This document shows, one piece after another, positions 49,762 to 59,132 of a stretch of DNA of 64,000 nucleotides. Under the pieces are notes generated by a model that made no database searches, was not told the DNA's origin, and was given only the letters and a program-made list of their open reading frames with translations. The stretch is from the NCBI GenBank assembly GCA_965214935.1, contig CBDCCS010000021.1, forward strand, positions 1 through 64,000, written 5' to 3'. The stretch's first letter is position 1. Each line of letters begins with the position of its first letter. The position numbers were made by a program, and so were the translations under genes. Origin of the DNA: Candidatus Velthaea sp. (lineage in GTDB: Bacteria; Vulcanimicrobiota; Vulcanimicrobiia; Vulcanimicrobiales; Vulcanimicrobiaceae).

Positions 49762-50397
49762 TCAAGGACGGCCGGCCATTGCACGAAAGCATGTCGAGCG
49801 ATGGTCGTCGACGACACCCGTTGCTTGCAAGAACGCGTAGACGATCGTCGAGCCCACGAAACTAAAGCCGCGCGCGCGTAAGTCGCGGCTAACGCGGTCG
49901 GACAGCTCCGTACGGCCGGGCAACTCGTCCGCCGCGGCACGCCGGGTTACAACCGGGCGGCCGTCGACGAATTGCCATAAGTACGCGCCGAACGAGCCGA
50001 ACTCGGCCTGAACGCGCAAAAATGCCGCTGCGTTCGCCACGGTCGACACGATTTTCCCGCGGTGCCGGACGATCCGCGGATCGGCGACGAGCGCCGCGAT
50101 ACGCGCAGCATCGAAGCCCGCGACCACGGCCGGATCGAATCGCTCGAAAAGTTCGCGATAACCCGCGCGCTTCTGCAAGATCGTATCCCAACTCAAGCCG
50201 GCCTGGGCACCTTCGAGCGTCAAAAGTTCGAACAACCGGCATTCGTCGCGCTCCGGCACGCCCCATTCGGTGTCGTGATAGGCAATCGCGGGCTCTTTTA
50301 CGGCCCAGGGACAGCGGATGCGCTGCGGAGCGACGCCGGCCGCCGCGCGCGTGCCGCTTCGCGCGGCGCCTGGCTCCTCGGGTGCTTTGCGGTTCAT
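49762..50397 (-). CDS. tag: DNA-3-methyladenine glycosylase I
   Basis: RCPW, YHDTEWG, LEGAQAGLSW, FVGSTI, DDHRSTC. Confidence 0.96.
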   Translation of the reverse strand: MNRKAPEEPGAARSGTRAAAGVAPQRIRCPWAVKEPAIAYHDTEWGVPERDECRLFELLTLEGAQAGLSWDTILQKRAGYRELFERFDPAVVAGFDAARIAALVADPRIVRHRGKIVSTVANAAAFLRVQAEFGSFGAYLWQFVDGRPVVTRRAAADELPGRTELSDRVSRDLRARGFSFVGSTIVYAFLQATGVVDDHRSTCFRAMAGRP

Positions 50398-50686
50398 AGA
50401 CCTCCACAACGGCCGGGCTCACCCACAATTAAGGAATTACGCGCCGAATTCATGGGACTTTCGGCCGTAAGAACGGGTTTGCGGGCGGAACTTTGGTTCG
50501 TCGTAAGCGAAGCTACCAGCCCTCGCCGGTAGCTCGCTGCTCCGTACGAGTCCGAACGCACGCACTCTGCAAATTTTTGCTCGACCGTCGCTTGAGCAAC
50601 GCTCGTTGTCTGCCGAACACTCGTCTAGCCCTGCATCGTAACCGATCGTTGGAAAGGGCGTCCAAGGCTGCTTCTGCGGTGAAAGA

Positions 50687-51226
50687 ATGATGCTCAAGAC
50701 ACAAGATTTCGAGGCCCGGCTAGAAGTCGGTGCAGAAGCGATCGCAACCGCACGACGGCGACGCGCTCCGCGGTTCGTTATCGTGAACGCGTCCGCCCAG
50801 ATCGTTATGACCTCAGGCGACGCGTCGGATCCGGAAATCTGTGACATCAACTTCTCGCCGGCGCTCATCGCGAAACTCGTGGCCGAACTCGAGACGAGTC
50901 TTGAAAGCGAAGTTTTCGCGCTCGTCTCCCCGACGACGGTCGTTCGCGGAACGGCGCTCAGCGGCGCCACCGGCCGTTTCTACGCTCTGTTCGTCGAGCA
51001 TGTCGAATCGCGTGATCTGCTGGCCAACGCCTCCGAACGGTATCAGCTTTCACTGCGCGAAATCGATGTTCTCCGGCTTGTCTTGCACGGCATGAGCACA
51101 ACGGAGATCGCCAATCAATTGTGCATCGCGGCAACGACGGTTCATGCGCACGTCAAAAATATCGCTCGTAAAACCAAAAGCACGAAGCGCACGGAAATTT
51201 TAGCCAAGCTGCTCGGTGTCCGCTAG
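50687..51226 (+). CDS. LuxR-family HTH transcriptional regulator
   Basis: LSLREIDVLRLVLHGMSTTEIANQLCIAATTVHAHVKNI; no receiver domain. Confidence 0.9.
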   Translation: MMLKTQDFEARLEVGAEAIATARRRRAPRFVIVNASAQIVMTSGDASDPEICDINFSPALIAKLVAELETSLESEVFALVSPTTVVRGTALSGATGRFYALFVEHVESRDLLANASERYQLSLREIDVLRLVLHGMSTTEIANQLCIAATTVHAHVKNIARKTKSTKRTEILAKLLGVR

Positions 51227-51357
51227 AGCTAGCTTTCGCATTCGTTCCGTTACGATGTCGAAGGCCTCTGCTCGCCGCTATCGGCGCGCGACACGGACCG
51301 GCATATAAAAAGTTGAGCCGTCACGACCGTAATTTTTTCGTTGTCGTGTGATTCGCG

Positions 51358-51387
51358 TTGACACAGCTTAGCTTTCCGTGATATTTA
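51358..51387 (+). promoter_or_regulatory. Sigma-70-type promoter of the ilvB leader
   Basis: TTGACA-N18-TATTTA with TGn extension. Confidence 0.6.
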
Positions 51388-51400
51388 GCAGATAACACCG

Positions 51401-51481
51401 ATGATTTTACGCGCTATTGTCGTCCTCGTCGTTAGCCTCCGACTTGCAGTCCTTAGCGGGCGGCGAGCAGCTTTCACGTAG
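51401..51481 (+). CDS. Ile/Leu/Val-rich leader peptide MILRAIVVLVVSLRLAVLSGRRAAFT
   Basis: 12 of 26 codons are Ile/Leu/Val; precedes a terminator and ilvB. Confidence 0.88.
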   Translation: MILRAIVVLVVSLRLAVLSGRRAAFT

Positions 51482-51504
51482 ACGCAACGAGCGTTAAGAC
51501 TGTG

Positions 51505-51542
51505 AGAGCCCTTCGCCGACCAACGTGGCGAGGGGCTTTTTT
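51505..51542 (+). terminator. Attenuator terminator upstream of ilvB
   Basis: AGAGCCCTTCGCC..GGCGAGGGGCTTT stem ending in a T6 run. Confidence 0.88.
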
Positions 51543-51563
51543 ACAACCGAAGGGATACTTGAC

Positions 51564-53249
51564 GTGAACGGGGCAAGGGCGGCGCTCGAGGCGTGTAAGC
51601 GTGAGGGCGCCGAGGCAATTTTCGGATATCCGGGCGGCACGATCATGCCGTTTTACGACGCGATGTACGGCGACGCGGATTTCCGCCACTATCTCGTGCG
51701 GCATGAAGCCGCGGCCGTGTTTGCGGCGAGCGGCTACGCTCGGACGACCGGCAACGTCGGCCTTTGCTGCGCAACGAGCGGGCCGGGAGCGACGAACCTC
51801 GTCACCGGTTTACTCGATGCGTTCATGGACAGCGTGCCGATCGTCGCGATCACCGGACAGGTCCGCTCGAACCTTATGGGCACCGACGGCTTTCAAGAAG
51901 CCGATGTCTGTGCGATCACGCAATCGGTAACGAAGTATAACGTGCTCGTGCGTAACGCCGGCGACATCCCGGCGGCCATTGCCGAAGCGTTCTCACTGGC
52001 GCGCTCGGGTCGGCCGGGGCCGGTCCTCGTCGACATCCCGACGGACGTGCTCAAGGCTGCCATGCCCGACCACGTCCGCCCGCCGCGACGCGCGGGCTTC
52101 AAGCCGCCGGCCGTTGCCGATGCAGCGTCGATCGTCGCCGCCATTGCGTTGCTGCGTGCCGCAAAGCGGCCCATCCTCATCGCCGGCGGCGGAGTTCGCG
52201 GCGATGCGGCCGTCGCCGCATTCCGGCGTTTCGCGGCGCTATGCGGCGCGCCGCAGACGACCACGATCATGGGGCTCGGTGCCGCGGCGCCCGGCGATTG
52301 GCGCGATCTCGGCATGCTCGGCATGCATGGTACCAAAGCCGCGAATTTAGCGGTGCACGAGAGCGACGTCCTTTTCGCACTCGGCATGCGCTTTGACGAC
52401 CGCGTTACCGGCCGAACCGACCGCTTTGCGCAAGGCGCCAAGATCGTGCACGCCGACATCGACCGCAGCGAGTTCGATAAGATCATGACGGCCGACGTGA
52501 CGTTGAACGGCGATATTACGACGTCGCTCGGCGCGTTAGCCGATGAACTCGAACGGCACGCCGCACCGCGTTTTGATAGCTGGGCACGCGAAGCCGCCGA
52601 TCGGACGATGGCGCTGCCGCGCGATCGGATTGCTGCCGCGACGCTGTCGGCGACCACGGTTCTCGACCGCTTCTTCGAATTGATGCCGGGAAATGCGGTC
52701 GTTACGACCGATGTCGGTCAGCATCAGATGTGGGCCGCTCAGCGCATCCGTCCGCGCGAGCCGCGGGCGTTTGCAACATCGGCGGGTTTGGGCTCGATGG
52801 GTTTTGGTTTTCCGGCCGCGATCGGCGCGCAGGTCGCCCATCCGGACCGGCCGGTGTTCGCGATTGTCGGCGACGGCGGCTTTCAGATGTCGCTGACCGA
52901 ATTGGCGACCGTCAAACGCCATTCATTGCCGGTGAAAATCATGCTGATCGACAACCGAAATCTCGGCATGGTTCGTCAGTGGCAAGAGCTGTTCTACGAC
53001 GAGCGGTATTCGGCGACGAATTTGTCGGACAATCCGGATTTCGCTGCAATTGCCGCCGCTTACGGCATTCGCAGCGAGACCGTTGAGGCGCCCGGCGATC
53101 TCGACGAAGCAATTGCCCGCCTCATAGCAATTCCCGGTCCGGCGCTCTTGCACTGCGCGTGTTATCCGGCCGAAAACGTTTGGCCGATGATCCCCGGCGG
53201 CGGCTCGATCGACGACGTTATGACCGGTCGCACTCCGGTGCCGGCGTGA
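51564..53249 (+). CDS. ilvB: Acetolactate synthase large subunit
   Basis: FGYPGG, VRHEAAA, TSGPGATN, GMLGMHG, TDVGQHQMW, GDGGFQM..N..LGMVRQWQ. Confidence 0.96.
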   Translation: MNGARAALEACKREGAEAIFGYPGGTIMPFYDAMYGDADFRHYLVRHEAAAVFAASGYARTTGNVGLCCATSGPGATNLVTGLLDAFMDSVPIVAITGQVRSNLMGTDGFQEADVCAITQSVTKYNVLVRNAGDIPAAIAEAFSLARSGRPGPVLVDIPTDVLKAAMPDHVRPPRRAGFKPPAVADAASIVAAIALLRAAKRPILIAGGGVRGDAAVAAFRRFAALCGAPQTTTIMGLGAAAPGDWRDLGMLGMHGTKAANLAVHESDVLFALGMRFDDRVTGRTDRFAQGAKIVHADIDRSEFDKIMTADVTLNGDITTSLGALADELERHAAPRFDSWAREAADRTMALPRDRIAAATLSATTVLDRFFELMPGNAVVTTDVGQHQMWAAQRIRPREPRAFATSAGLGSMGFGFPAAIGAQVAHPDRPVFAIVGDGGFQMSLTELATVKRHSLPVKIMLIDNRNLGMVRQWQELFYDERYSATNLSDNPDFAAIAAAYGIRSETVEAPGDLDEAIARLIAIPGPALLHCACYPAENVWPMIPGGGSIDDVMTGRTPVPA

Positions 53250-53458
53250 CGATCGACGAAACCGTCAACGATCCGCGGCTCGTCGCACGAATTGTCAACT
53301 TGGCCGAACGTTGCGGATGCCGTTTTCGCAGCATTGCCGCGCAAGCCGGTGACGATACCGCCACCCATATGCGCTTTGAATTCGCCGGCCCCGACGAAGC
53401 GCTGCGCCGGCTGGCGGCGCAGATCGCCCGGCTTGTCGCCGTGGATCGCGCCGTGTAG
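53246..53458 (+). CDS. Small ACT-like acetolactate synthase regulatory subunit (IlvM-like)
   Basis: 70 aa, GTGA overlap with ilvB; LVARIVNLAERCG..LRRLAAQIARLVAV. Confidence 0.7.
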   Translation: MTIDETVNDPRLVARIVNLAERCGCRFRSIAAQAGDDTATHMRFEFAGPDEALRRLAAQIARLVAVDRAV

Positions 53459-53560
53459 CACGTCTGCTCGCGTGCGCAGCGACTAGATGCGATTTGCCGC
53501 CTAGAAAAATGACGGCCGATCGGTGATATGAACCGCGACTCGCTTTCATGGAGCAGGCGT

Positions 53561-54748
53561 ATGGATCCGATCACTTTTCTTGCGGCGCCGGCGGCAACTT
53601 CGACCGATTCGACGCAACCGGCAGCACCTCCAACGGCTGTCCCGATCGGCGCGATCGCCGGTGCGCTCGGCGGCCGGGACGTCATCACCATCGGCGGTGA
53701 AAACACCCCAACGCTCGACGGCGCTGCGCGCGATGGGCTGCGCCGCGCAAAGCCCAAGTCGATCACCGACAACCTCGAATATGGCGGACTGCTGTATCAC
53801 GACCCGCAGACCGGGCGCTACGGAGCGACCGCGCCGCTCAAGGGAACAGCGACCGGCTTCGATCCGGGTGCCGCCTGCATTCCGCCCGGCACGCGGCTGA
53901 CCGGTGACTACCATACGCACGGCGATTATTCACGCGCAGCAGCCGACGGCAGTGCCGTCCGTACCGGAAGTGCCAAGCGTGACGACTTCAACAGCGACCG
54001 TTTTTCCGAACCCGACTATCGCGGTATTCGCACCGACGCCCGGGGACAAAGCGAATATGCCGGCTTTCTCGGCACCCCGAGCAATAAGAATCTCAAATTC
54101 GATCCGGCTACCGGGGCGACGTCGTCCATCCGTCCCGGATTGCACGCTGCTGCCGGTGGTGCGCTCTTCGGCGGCGCCGCGGCGGCGATCGGCACTGCGG
54201 GCGATGCAATCGTTCACGGTCAGTTCGATCGCGATACACTGCGTGCCGTTGCCCAGAACGGAGCGGGCGGCGCCGTCCTCGGCGCAGCCGCTACGCAGGT
54301 TGAACGCGCCGCGACCGCAGGTTTGGACCGCGTCGCCGGACCTGCCGTCGAGCGCCTTGCGACCAGCGGTTTCGGCGCGGAGGCCGGCGCGCTTGGACGC
54401 ACGGCAGCAACCCGTGTCGGCGGAGCCGGAGTTGCCGGTGCGGCCATCGGTATCGGCGTGTCCGTCTATGAGAATCGTGACGGTCTGGCGCACGGCGACT
54501 CGCACGCGATCGGAAACGTCGCCGGAGATGCCGTCGTCGGCACCGGCTCGGCGCTGGCCGGAGCCGCCGCCGGCGCTGCAATCGGCAGCGTCATACCGGT
54601 CGCCGGAACGATCGTCGGGGCGGGAGTCGGTCTTGTCGCGGGCTACGCGGCGGATAAGATCATGCGCGCGGGCGGGGTCGACCACTGGATCGGCAATGAA
54701 GTAACGGATGGAGTCGATGCCGTGAAGCACTTCTTTAGCTCGTTATGA
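53561..54748 (+). CDS. DUF4329 (JAB/MPN-like) toxin-domain protein with C-terminal Gly/Ala-rich glycine-zipper region
   Basis: LEYGGLLY..DYHTHG..FSEPD..FLGTP; then GAAIGSVIPVAGTIVGAGVGLVAG zipper. Confidence 0.8.
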   Translation: MDPITFLAAPAATSTDSTQPAAPPTAVPIGAIAGALGGRDVITIGGENTPTLDGAARDGLRRAKPKSITDNLEYGGLLYHDPQTGRYGATAPLKGTATGFDPGAACIPPGTRLTGDYHTHGDYSRAAADGSAVRTGSAKRDDFNSDRFSEPDYRGIRTDARGQSEYAGFLGTPSNKNLKFDPATGATSSIRPGLHAAAGGALFGGAAAAIGTAGDAIVHGQFDRDTLRAVAQNGAGGAVLGAAATQVERAATAGLDRVAGPAVERLATSGFGAEAGALGRTAATRVGGAGVAGAAIGIGVSVYENRDGLAHGDSHAIGNVAGDAVVGTGSALAGAAAGAAIGSVIPVAGTIVGAGVGLVAGYAADKIMRAGGVDHWIGNEVTDGVDAVKHFFSSL

Positions 54749-54993
54749 CCTCACGTACGCCGGCGCAACAGCGCGCGCTCGATATCGCCCTTGTCGACTT
54801 TACGCGGCGGGTAAGCTGGGCCGACACCTACGACGTTAGCGTTGAAGCCGACGGACCGGACGCATCGAGCGTTGCGTTTCTTCGTATATTCGAGCCGGGC
54901 GAACTGCAACGTCGCGGCGGCGGTATCGATGCCGGCATTACATATCGCATTACGGCCGACGGCGCGATCGATCGCATTACCTATCCGCGCTAG
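54745..54993 (+). CDS. Small hypothetical protein, putative immunity or partner protein
   Basis: 82 aa, ATGA overlap with the DUF4329 gene. Confidence 0.6.
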   Translation: MTSRTPAQQRALDIALVDFTRRVSWADTYDVSVEADGPDASSVAFLRIFEPGELQRRGGGIDAGITYRITADGAIDRITYPR

Positions 54994-54999
54994 TTGCCA

Positions 55000-55567
55000 C
55001 TACGTCCAGATCGGAAGGCGAAACGCCGGTGGGCAGTCGTCTTGTGCAATCGGGGCGTTCGTGAACGAATCGGGGCTCGCAAATTTCGTAAATCGGTTCG
55101 CTGCGATCGTAATTCATAGTTGCGTGAGGATCGGCTGTCCGTCGGCGTCGTGCTTGCACTGCACCTGCAGCGACGCGGCTGCCGTCGTTGCAAACGCGCT
55201 GCGAAACCGATCGACGGTCTTGGCGTGCGTCAGACTGCGTCCGAGATGCGCTACAAGATAGCGGCCGAAAGCGCTTTCAACAACTGCTTGGCGCATCGCG
55301 AGTTCGGTCGCGACGAATTGCGCGATCGAATCCGAAGCACTGAACGTGCTTGTCGTACTCATGCGTTAGGAGCGATCAACGGTACCTCCGGCATCGGCCA
55401 GACAGCGTTCGTCGACGCGACAGATACCGGGCTGCCCCGTGAGGGCGAAGGTGTACTAAGAGAAGTCTGCGTGTTCGGCAGGTCGAAACGGCGCCGCGAC
55501 GGCCTTGCTGTGCGCACAGTACGACGAGTGCGGCAACGAGTGCGAAGCGTCGCACGAGTAACGTCAA
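55000..55567 (-). pseudogene. Decayed secreted RNase T2 / RNase I family gene
   Basis: Across frames: signal peptide; ADFS*YTFALTGQPGIC; HEYDKHVQCFGFD (CAS II-like); SAFGRYL..QVQC..LTQL*ITI..DDCP; CAS I missing. Confidence 0.8.
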
Positions 55568-55737
55568 AATCGCTTCCAAGCGTAGAGGAGAACGTCTGCG
55601 GAGGCGGCCCGCTATACCGAGTTGTGTATTCTTCATTCCATACACGAATTAGTTGTTCACGATCTGTGCACCGGTGGGCGCGTTCGCTTGATACTCGACG
55701 GAGCGCGCGATACCGTTTCCAAACGGGCAGATTTCGC

Positions 55738-58560
55738 CTACGAGGCGACGATGCGTGCGCACTCGGCACACAGCTCCGGATTTCGCGGATCGGTATGCAA
55801 GGCGAGATGTTTCCAGCAGCGTGCGCAACGCGCGTCCGGTGCAGCTATCGTCCGAATCACCGCCGGTCCGTCAGCCTCGAGTGCCACGATACTTTGCGGG
55901 CGCACCGACGAAACGACGAGCGCTTCACGCAAGTTATCGCCCAACGCCTTGAAGGCCGCAACGCGCCCGGCCGGGACGGCGATCCGTTCGGCGTCGCGGG
56001 TGAAATCTGCCGCACCCTCCGCCGCAACGTCCGCTCGCAAAGCTTTGAGCATTTGCCAATCCGTACGAGCGATCTCATCGACCTCGCCGACATGCGGAAA
56101 CGGGATATCGAACACCGATTCGTACGCGCCGCGCAACGCCGCAGGCAACGATTGCCAAGCTTCTTCGGCAGTAAACGACAACACCGGCGCAAGCAAAACG
56201 GCCAGCGTCCGGAACATTTCGAGCAGTGCGCTCTGCGCGCTGCGCCGGCGCTCGGCGGCGGCGGCGCTCGAGTACAGCCGGTCTTTTAAACCAGCTAAAT
56301 AAAACCGCGACAAATCATCGTTATCGAACGCGACCAGCGCGAGATATGCATCGTGCAGGCGAAATGCGCGATAGTGTTCGACGACGTCTTTGGTCAACCG
56401 GTCGAGCGCTTCGAGCGCGAGACGGTCGAGCGGTTCGAGCCGCGTCCGCGGTAGAACCGCATCGGCCGGCAAATCGCTTAAATTGCTGAGAAAGAAACGC
56501 AAGCGATTACGCAAATTGCGGTAAACGTTGGCTACATTCTCGAGCATTTTGGCACCCAGGCGCATGTCGGCGGTAAATTCGACCGACGCTGCCCACAAGC
56601 GCAATACGTCCGCGCCGTATTTCTCCATGCCCTCGACTGCGCCGATGTAATTGCCGTCGGACTTATGCATCGCGCGGCCGTCGGCATCGACGACCATACC
56701 GGTCGACAAAACACTTTTGTACGGCGGGGCGCCGAGTGTCGCAACGGCAGTGATCAAGTTGCTGCGAAACCAGCCACGATATTGATCGCTGCCTTCGAGA
56801 TAGAGATCGGCCGGCCAGGGTAAGCCGCCGTTACGCAGCACCGCGCGATGCGTCACTCCCGATTCAAACCAAATATCGACGATGTTGAATTCTTTTTCGA
56901 ACGCCGAACCGCCGCACGCCGGACATTCGAATCCGGGCGGCAAGAACGCGCTGACGTCGTCGGTCCACCACATATCCGAGGCGTTCGTAAGCTGCGGACC
57001 TTCGCTGCGAAAGCGTGCGGCGACGATTCGCGCGACGCGCGGATCGACGATTGAATCGCCGCACGACGTGCAGACGACGGCGGGAATCGGTGTGCCCCAA
57101 GTGCGTTGACGCGAGATGCACCACTCGGGATGATTGCCGATCATCTGCGTCATTCGCGTTTCGCCCCAGGCCGGAATCCAAGCAACGCTCGGGATTTGCT
57201 CCACGATCCGCTCGCGCAATCCGTTGGCATCCAGCGAGATAAACCACTGGGCCGTTGCCCGATAGATGACCGGATTCTTGCAGCGCCAGCAATGCGGATA
57301 CGAGTGCTCGTACGCGGCCGCGCGCACGAGCGCTCCGGAAGCTTTGAGGTCTTCGATAATCTGCGGTTGCGCGGCAAAAATATTGAGACCCGCGTACGGT
57401 CCGGCATCGGCGAGAAACGTTCCTGCAGCATCGACCGGACTGAGCACCGGTAATCCGTACTTGACGCCGGTCTCGAAGTCGTCGGTGCCGTGCCCGGGCG
57501 CCGTGTGGACGGCACCGGTACCGGTTACGAGATCGACATAATCGGCACCGACGACGATGGAGTCCCGGTCGAGAAACGGATGCCGAACGGCGCTGCCGAT
57601 CAGCGCGCTACCGTCAACGACGGCGCGTTCTTCAACGACGACGTCGCTGCCGAATTGCTGCCCGACGGCTGCGCGAAGATCGACGGCGAACACGTGATCT
57701 TCGCCGTCGATCCGATACAGACCGTAACGCGCATCGGGTTTGACGGCAATCGCGACGTTGGCCGGCAACGTCCAGGGTGTCGTCGTCCAAATGACGATCG
57801 AGAGCGGATCGTTGCCGGGTCCGAGCCCGAAACGTTGCAACAACTCGTCACGCTGCGCAGCGCCGGCCCGAAAGCGCACGTAGATCGATGGTGATACGTG
57901 CTCGCGATACTCAATCTCCGCTTCGGCCAGCGCCGTTTCATCGTGCACGCACCAAAGCGTCGAGCGCAGACCCTTGTAGAGCTGCCGGGATTCGGCGAGA
58001 TCGGCGAGCGTATCGACGATCGTTGCCTCGAACTCCGGCGCAATCGTCATGTACGGATGCGCGTAATGTCCGAAAAGTCCCATGCGCAGCATCGCAGCGC
58101 GCTGCCGATCGAGCCAATACAGCGCGCGTGCTTTGCACTGCGCACGCAATTCGATCGGATCGATGGTGTGAAAGTCGACGCCGAGATGAATGACCGTTTC
58201 ACGTTCGATCGGTAGACCGTGCATGTCCCAGCCCGGGACGAAGTCGGCCCAACGCCCGTCGAGCAGCGCGATTTTAACGAACGCGTCTTTGAGAAACCGG
58301 TTGAGGAAATGCCCCATGTGCAGATCGCCGTTGGCGTACGGCGGGCCGTCGTGCAAAATCCACGGCGTACCGCCGCGTGCACGATTGCGAGCCAAACGTT
58401 TTGCATAAGAATCACGTTCGGCCCACCAGGCAACCCGCGCGGGTTCGCGCTTCGGTAATTCGGCCCGCATCGGGAACTCGGTCACCGGCAGATTCAGCGT
58501 CGTTCGATAGTCCCGCTTAGCGGGCGTCGTCTGCGTGTCCGATGTCGTCGTCTTGGGCAT
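55738..58560 (-). CDS. ileS: Isoleucyl-tRNA synthetase (type 1)
   Basis: DGPPYANG, HMGH, WTTTPWT, GTGAVH, GSDQYRGWF, AMHKS, C-terminal CARCW..CAEC. Confidence 0.98.
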   Translation of the reverse strand: MPKTTTSDTQTTPAKRDYRTTLNLPVTEFPMRAELPKREPARVAWWAERDSYAKRLARNRARGGTPWILHDGPPYANGDLHMGHFLNRFLKDAFVKIALLDGRWADFVPGWDMHGLPIERETVIHLGVDFHTIDPIELRAQCKARALYWLDRQRAAMLRMGLFGHYAHPYMTIAPEFEATIVDTLADLAESRQLYKGLRSTLWCVHDETALAEAEIEYREHVSPSIYVRFRAGAAQRDELLQRFGLGPGNDPLSIVIWTTTPWTLPANVAIAVKPDARYGLYRIDGEDHVFAVDLRAAVGQQFGSDVVVEERAVVDGSALIGSAVRHPFLDRDSIVVGADYVDLVTGTGAVHTAPGHGTDDFETGVKYGLPVLSPVDAAGTFLADAGPYAGLNIFAAQPQIIEDLKASGALVRAAAYEHSYPHCWRCKNPVIYRATAQWFISLDANGLRERIVEQIPSVAWIPAWGETRMTQMIGNHPEWCISRQRTWGTPIPAVVCTSCGDSIVDPRVARIVAARFRSEGPQLTNASDMWWTDDVSAFLPPGFECPACGGSAFEKEFNIVDIWFESGVTHRAVLRNGGLPWPADLYLEGSDQYRGWFRSNLITAVATLGAPPYKSVLSTGMVVDADGRAMHKSDGNYIGAVEGMEKYGADVLRLWAASVEFTADMRLGAKMLENVANVYRNLRNRLRFFLSNLSDLPADAVLPRTRLEPLDRLALEALDRLTKDVVEHYRAFRLHDAYLALVAFDNDDLSRFYLAGLKDRLYSSAAAAERRRSAQSALLEMFRTLAVLLAPVLSFTAEEAWQSLPAALRGAYESVFDIPFPHVGEVDEIARTDWQMLKALRADVAAEGAADFTRDAERIAVPAGRVAAFKALGDNLREALVVSSVRPQSIVALEADGPAVIRTIAAPDARCARCWKHLALHTDPRNPELCAECARIVAS

Positions 58561-58607
58561 GAATCTACGCTGATTCGGGAGCCCGCAGCGCAGCCCATGC
58601 CGCCCGG

Positions 58608-59132
58608 CTACCGCTGCGCGCTAAAGGCTGATTCCTCGGCGGCTGCAGCATCGATCAATTGCGCCAGCACGCGCACGAACGGGATCTCTGCATCGTCGTG
58701 CCGTTCTTTGCCTCTCGTCACGAGGAAGGTTGGAGCGTTCGCACCGTCGGCGACGCGAATGTCGGTTACGTCGGCAAGCGGTACGTCGGGCACGTCACCT
58801 TGTGCATCGACGCTTCCGTCATCCGTAATTTCGATCGTTACGACGTGACCGAGTACTTCGACGATGAGCCGGTTTACGGTATCCGTCGACGGCCGCGGCG
58901 TCACCGTATCGTAGTCGTCGGGCAAACGTTCGTCGCTGCGCGCAACGATGGCTACCGCAAAATTCGTCAGCGGATCGTTGACGGTGAAAGCCGTACCGAG
59001 CGTCCGACGCGCTTCGGCCGCCATCGCGTCGAGCACCGCGCGAACGTGCAGCCGCGCTCGAGCACGGGCCTGCCGCGCGGCCGTCAGCGTCTGCGCCGCA
59101 GACATGAGATGTTGCGTATCCGAATCGTTCAA
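58608..59132 (-). CDS. Hypothetical protein
   Basis: 174-codon ORF co-oriented with ileS; alternative ATG at 59106; no motif recognised. Confidence 0.55.
   Translation of the reverse strand: MNDSDTQHLMSAAQTLTAARQARARARLHVRAVLDAMAAEARRTLGTAFTVNDPLTNFAVAIVARSDERLPDDYDTVTPRPSTDTVNRLIVEVLGHVVTIEITDDGSVDAQGDVPDVPLADVTDIRVADGANAPTFLVTRGKERHDDAEIPFVRVLAQLIDAAAAEESAFSAQR

Noticed and set aside
50505..50540. Hairpin AGCGAAGCTACC..GGTAGCTCGCT between tag and the LuxR gene
   Set aside because: A single GC-rich stem with no U-tract, second copy or recognisable family; insufficient support.
55114..55116. In-frame TGA as selenocysteine or programmed read-through
   Set aside because: The gene has other stops, frameshifts and a deletion; a TGG-to-TGA nonsense change is simpler.
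54977..55769. Apparent mini-operon of three ATGA-coupled minus-strand ORFs
   Set aside because: The fragments are better explained as pieces of one RNase T2 pseudogene in different frames.
58561..58607. T-box riboswitch upstream of ileS
   Set aside because: The gap is only 47 nt, with no T-box consensus or terminator.
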